A DNA stretch of 64,000 nucleotides from Heterodontus francisci (Eukaryota), in NCBI RefSeq assembly GCF_036365525.1, contig NC_090399.1, positions 23,260,529 through 23,324,528 on the forward strand, in the 5' to 3' direction. The notes beneath the pieces are model-generated. The model did not search any database, was not told where the DNA came from, and saw nothing but the letters and a program-made list of their open reading frames with translations. Positions 59,400 to 64,000 of this stretch are shown piece after piece. A program made the translations under genes and the position numbers. Each line of letters opens with the position of its first letter. Within the stretch, counting starts at the first letter, position 1.

Positions 59400-61410
59400 T
59401 GACAGAGTGCTTAAGTCCAGAATTTGGTGAGTGTGGGAATTCGGTGCTGTGAGTGAAGAGGTACTGTTCTGGTCTTTTAAGAACAAGTGGTCTGAGAGGG
59501 TGTGCAGGGCACAGTGAGACCTGAGAGCTGAAGTCTAGAACCATTAATTAGGTAAGCAGGTCGAGGATTGGTGAGTTTCAAGGATTATTTTATTTTCTGT
59601 AAACTGTGGCAATCGTTTGAACCAGTACTGGGGAGATAGAAGCACAGTATTACATTTATAACTGAATTATTTAAGCTACTTAATATAATTAAAACTTATC
59701 ATTGAGTGATATTTCTAAATTTGAAACCATAGTTAAACAAAATAAAATAAACATGGCAGGGCAGATGACGTGTTGCAGCTGTAACATGTGGAAGCTGGTG
59801 GACACTAGTGTAATCCACTGCAACTATGTCTGCTGTGTCTGCAGTTTGAGGAACTTCGGCTCAGAGTTGATGAGCTGGAGTCTGAGCTCGGACACTGGTG
59901 CATCAGGGAGGCACAAAGTTACCTGGACCCTTTGTTTCAGGAGGCAGTCACACCCATTAGGTTAGATACTTTCGATTTGGTCTGTGGTCAGGGATAGGAA
60001 GGTGTGACTATGAGTGAGGAAGGTGTGACTATGAGTGAGGCAGGTATGGGGGAGTGAGGCTTAGCAATGGAGGAACCTCAACCCTTGAATTTGTCCAACA
60101 GGTTCGAGGTTCTTGCAGGCTGTGTGGGCAAGAGCGGGGACTACAAGGAGGATGAACAAACAGACCGCAGCACACTGGTGCAGGGATCCATTTAGGTGGG
60201 GGGAGTAAAATGGAGTCTAGTAGTAGTAGACAGTATAGTTAGGGGGATAGATACTGTTCTCTGTAGCCGAGAGCATGAGTCCCAAAGGCTGTGTTGCCTG
60301 CCCGGTGCCAGAGTTAAGGGCATTTCCGTGGGACTGGAGAGGAACTTGGAGTGGGAGGGAAAGGGAGTGCTGTTGTGGTTCCCATGGGTACTAATCACAT
60401 AGGTAAGACTAAGAAAAAGGTTCTGACAAGGGAGTATGAGTAGCTGGCGGTTAAATTAAAAAGCAGAAACACAAAGGTAATAATCTCTGGATGACTACCT
60501 GAACCATGAGCAAATTGGCGTAGGGTAAGTAAGATTAAAGAGTTTAATGCGTGCCTCAAAGATAGCTGAGGGAGAAATGGGTTTCAATTCATGGGACACT
60601 GGCACCAGCACTGGGGAAAGAGGGAGCTGTATTGTTGGGATGGCCTTTGCCTGAACTGTGCTGGGACGAGTGTCCTGGCGAATCATATAACACTAGGGCT
60701 ATGGAGAAGGCTTTAAACTGAATAGCGGTGAGAGGAAATTTAGAAAGGAAATGAGAAAGGACAAGTCAATAGTGAAGGGTAGTGATACGGAAGAAGAGGA
60801 ACAATTTTGTAATGAAATTAGAGAGAAATTCAAGAATTATGGAGTAGGTGGGGTGGGGGGCTTTAATTATCCAATATTGACTGGGATAATAGTAGTGTAA
60901 AAGACAGAGAGGGCAAGAGTTCCTAGAGTGTGTTCAGGAAAAGTTTCCACAGCAGTCTGTTTCCAGTCCGACGAGAGGGGAGGCAATGATGGACCTGATT
61001 TTGGGGAATGAGAATAGGCCAAACATTTAGGGGACAGTGATCATTGTATCATAAGGTTTAGGTTGGTTATGGAAAGGGGCAACGAACCATCTAGAGTAAG
61101 AATAATTAACTGGGGGAAAGCCACCTTCAGTTGGCAAGAATGGATCTGGGCTATATAAATTGGAATCAAAGGTTGGTAAGGAAAAGAATAGCTGAACAAT
61201 AGGCTACCTTCAAAGAAGAGATAGTTTAGGCACTGTCAAGGTATATTCCCTCGAAGGGGAAAGGTAGGGCAAGAAAATCCAGAGTTCCCTGACAAAAGAG
61301 TTAGAGATGAAGATGAAGAAAAAGTGTGCTGATGACAGATGTCAGGTAGATAATACAGTGGTGAATGTAGAAGGTTCAGAGGGGAAGTGAAAAGCAAATA
61401 AGAGAGGAGG
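59400..61410 (+). mobile_element. Degenerate CR1 5' part (ORF1 59753-60721 and start of ORF2)
   Basis: MAGQMTCCSCNMW, VVDSIVRG, CCLPGARV, ends ALN*; ORF2 FNYP and GDSDH remnants. Confidence 0.8.
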
Positions 61411-61499
61411 AGTCTGCCTGTTCCAGGATTGACTTCCTGTTTGTGTCCCATGCATTTCATGGTCAGATCCACCAACATCAAGTTGGTGTTCTTCTCTGA

Positions 61500-62545
61500 C
61501 CACTGTTTCCTACATCTTGTTAATCAGAAAATGACCCATTTATGTCTGCTCTCTATTTCCTGTTAGTTAGCCAATCTTCTATCCATACCAATATGTTACC
61601 CCCTACACCATGAGTTTTTTTCCCACAATAACCTTTGATGTGGCACCTTCTGAAAATGCCTTCTGGAAATCTAAGTACAGTACATCCACCAGCTCCCCTT
61701 TATCCACAACACATGTTACTTCTTCAAAGAACTCCAATAAATTGGTGAAATATGATTTCCCTTTCACAAAACCATGTTGACTCTGCTTGATTACCTTGAA
61801 TTTTTCTAAGTGCCCTGCTATAACATCTTTAATAATAGCTTCTAACATTTTCCCTATGACAGATGTAAGCTAACTGGCCTGTAATTTCCTGCTTTCTGTC
61901 TCCCTCTCTTTTTCAATAAAGGAGTTACATCCGCTATTTTCCAATCTTCTATGAATCTAGAAAATTTTGGAAAATTAAAACCAATGCATCAACTATCTGA
62001 AATAAAAACAAGAATTGCTGAAAATACTCAGCAGGTCAGGCAGCGGCTGTGGAGAGAGAGAAGCAGAGTCAATGCTTGAGGTCAGTGACCCTGGCAAATA
62101 TTAGAATCTTAAAGGTTTTAAGCACATAAAGTGGGGGTGGGGCAAGAGATAACAAAAGAGAAGGTGTTGATAGGACAAGGTCACAGAGAAGAACTGACTA
62201 GAAGGTCATGGAGAAAAGGCAAATGGTATGTTAATGGTGTGGTGAAAGACCCCTAGCCACTTCTTTTAGGACCCTAGGATGAAGTCCATCAGGACCCAGG
62301 GACTTGTCAACCATCAGCTCCAAAGGTTTGCTCAGTACCACCTCCCTGGTGATTGTAATTTTTATGAGTTACTCCCTCCCTTCCATTTCCTGATTTACAG
62401 CTATTTCTGGGATGTTACTTGTGTCCTCTGTCGTAAAGACCAATGCAAAATACCTGTTCAGTTCATCTGCCATCTCCTTACTTTCCCTTATTAATTCCCC
62501 AGACTCACTTTCTATAGGACCAACATTCACTTTGATAACTCTTTT
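61500..62545 (-). mobile_element. CR1 ORF2 middle segment (inverted), interrupted by a Penelope pLTR at ~62000-62250
   Basis: ELNRYFA, KSLGPDG, QHGFVKGKS, DFQKAF. Confidence 0.75.
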
Positions 62546-62962
62546 CTGCTGTCTTTACTTGTGTGGCCTACGTGTGACTCCAGATGCACAGCAATGTGGT
62601 TGAATTTTAACTGCCCTCTGAAATGGGCTAGCAAGCCATTCAGTTCAAGGGCAATTAGGGATTGCACAACAAATGCTAGCCTTACCAGTGATGCCCACAT
62701 CCCATGAAAGAATCAAAAAAAAAATTAAGGCTTGTAAATGGTGCAGAGGATGGTCACTTGAGTAATTCCCAATTGAAAGCATCTTATTTATCAAGATAGG
62801 CTAAAAATGCTGGGACACGACACTTTAGAAAAGAGGAGACATATTGGTGATCTGATTGTGGGTTGTAAGATATAATGATTGCTATAATTAAATAGATTAG
62901 GGTGAACCAGGGGTCACAATTTGAAGCTGTATAAGGACAGCTCCTATATTAGATAAATAAAT

Positions 62963-63273
62963 GAGTTTTAGTTTAGTTTAGAGATACAGCACTGAAACAG
63001 GCCCTTCGGCCCACCGAGTCTGTGCCGACCAACAACCACCCATTTATACTAATCCTACATTAACCCCATATTCCCTACCACATCCCCACCATTCTCCTAC
63101 CACCTACCTACACTAGGGGCAATTTACAATGGCCAATTTGCCTATCAACCTGCAAGTCTTTGGCTGTGGGAGGAAACCGGAGTACCTGGCGGAGGGAGTC
63201 ACAGGGAGAGCTTGCAAACTCTGCACCGAGTCACTGGAGCTGTGAGGCTGCGGTGCTAACCACTGTGCTGCCC
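62963..63273 (-). mobile_element. HE1-like V-SINE within an older LINE 3' end (62725-63730)
   Basis: Same structure as the other HE1 copies. Confidence 0.8.
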
Positions 63274-64000
63274 ATTTTTTTTTTCTACTCCAGAAAGCTA
63301 GTGGAGGTAAAGAGGTATATTGAGAAATCAAGATGTCTTCCTTTGCCGGAGAATAGTGAAACTCTGGAATGAGCTGCTCATGTGGTGGATGCTAATTTGT
63401 TGAATTCCTTCAAGCAAGAGCTGGACCTGTTTCTGGCTGGGGTACCGATCACCTTTTACCAAAAGTAGCTACAACAAGGAATTTGGGCCAGAGGGACCTC
63501 CTGGACTGGTTTTGATTGCCTTGGTGATCGGAGAGGAATTTCTCAGATTTTCTTTCCCCAAATTGGCCTGGTTTTTATCTGTCTTTCACCACACCCAGGA
63601 GATCACGTGGATTTTGGGCAGGATGGAGAGTACATATATTGTGATATTTGTAGATATCACAATTGTGTGGCATGGGCTAGATGGAGCAGAGGGCCATTTG
63701 TTGTCCTTCATTGTTTGTATAATAGTTCTAATGGTTATTATATAAGCTTAATAAATCTGTGACTATCTAACTGTAATGTTGTGAATTCTGTTAGTTTTGA
63801 GCAGTAACTTTTCTAAGTAAAAGCATCCTTCGTCTAACCCCTCACCCAATAGAGTCACACTGTGGGTTTAATAGTTCAGTATGACCTATGAAACAACAGA
63901 CTTGGATGAAGGGACCGAGTGTATTGTCGCCAAATTTTCTGATAATATGAAGATAGGTAGAAATGCAGTTTGTAAGGGATATAGATAGGTTGAGTGAGTG

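Overview
Repeat-dense vertebrate genomic DNA, almost certainly from a shark or other cartilaginous fish (HE1/V-SINEs, DeuSINEs, CR1, L2, RTE and Penelope remnants). It holds two head-to-head TRIM immune genes. TRIM-A (- strand) has a RING/B-box exon at 13185-13595 and a 96-bp coiled-coil exon at 11722-11817; its remaining exons are not found and probably lie left of the window. TRIM-B (+ strand) is a complete 6-exon RING-B-box-coiled-coil-PRY/SPRY gene, 19903-51401, 475 aa. Between them lie a CpG-rich minisatellite and a strong IRF/ISRE motif. TRIM-A intron 2 carries an intact, full-length, sense-oriented CR1 LINE with a 160-bp monomer 5' array, an apparent 81-nt 5'-UTR intron, and a U_UUA_AAC slippery site joining ORF1 to an AUG-less ORF2. 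TRIM-B intron 1 carries a ~7-kb G-quadruplex minisatellite interrupted by a CR1, into which an internally deleted and scrambled lokiretrovirus-like provirus (LTR, Ser-like PBS, RT/IN fragments, F-type envelope) inserted. Family assignments come from motif recognition by eye, not database searches, and boundaries of degenerate repeats are approximate.
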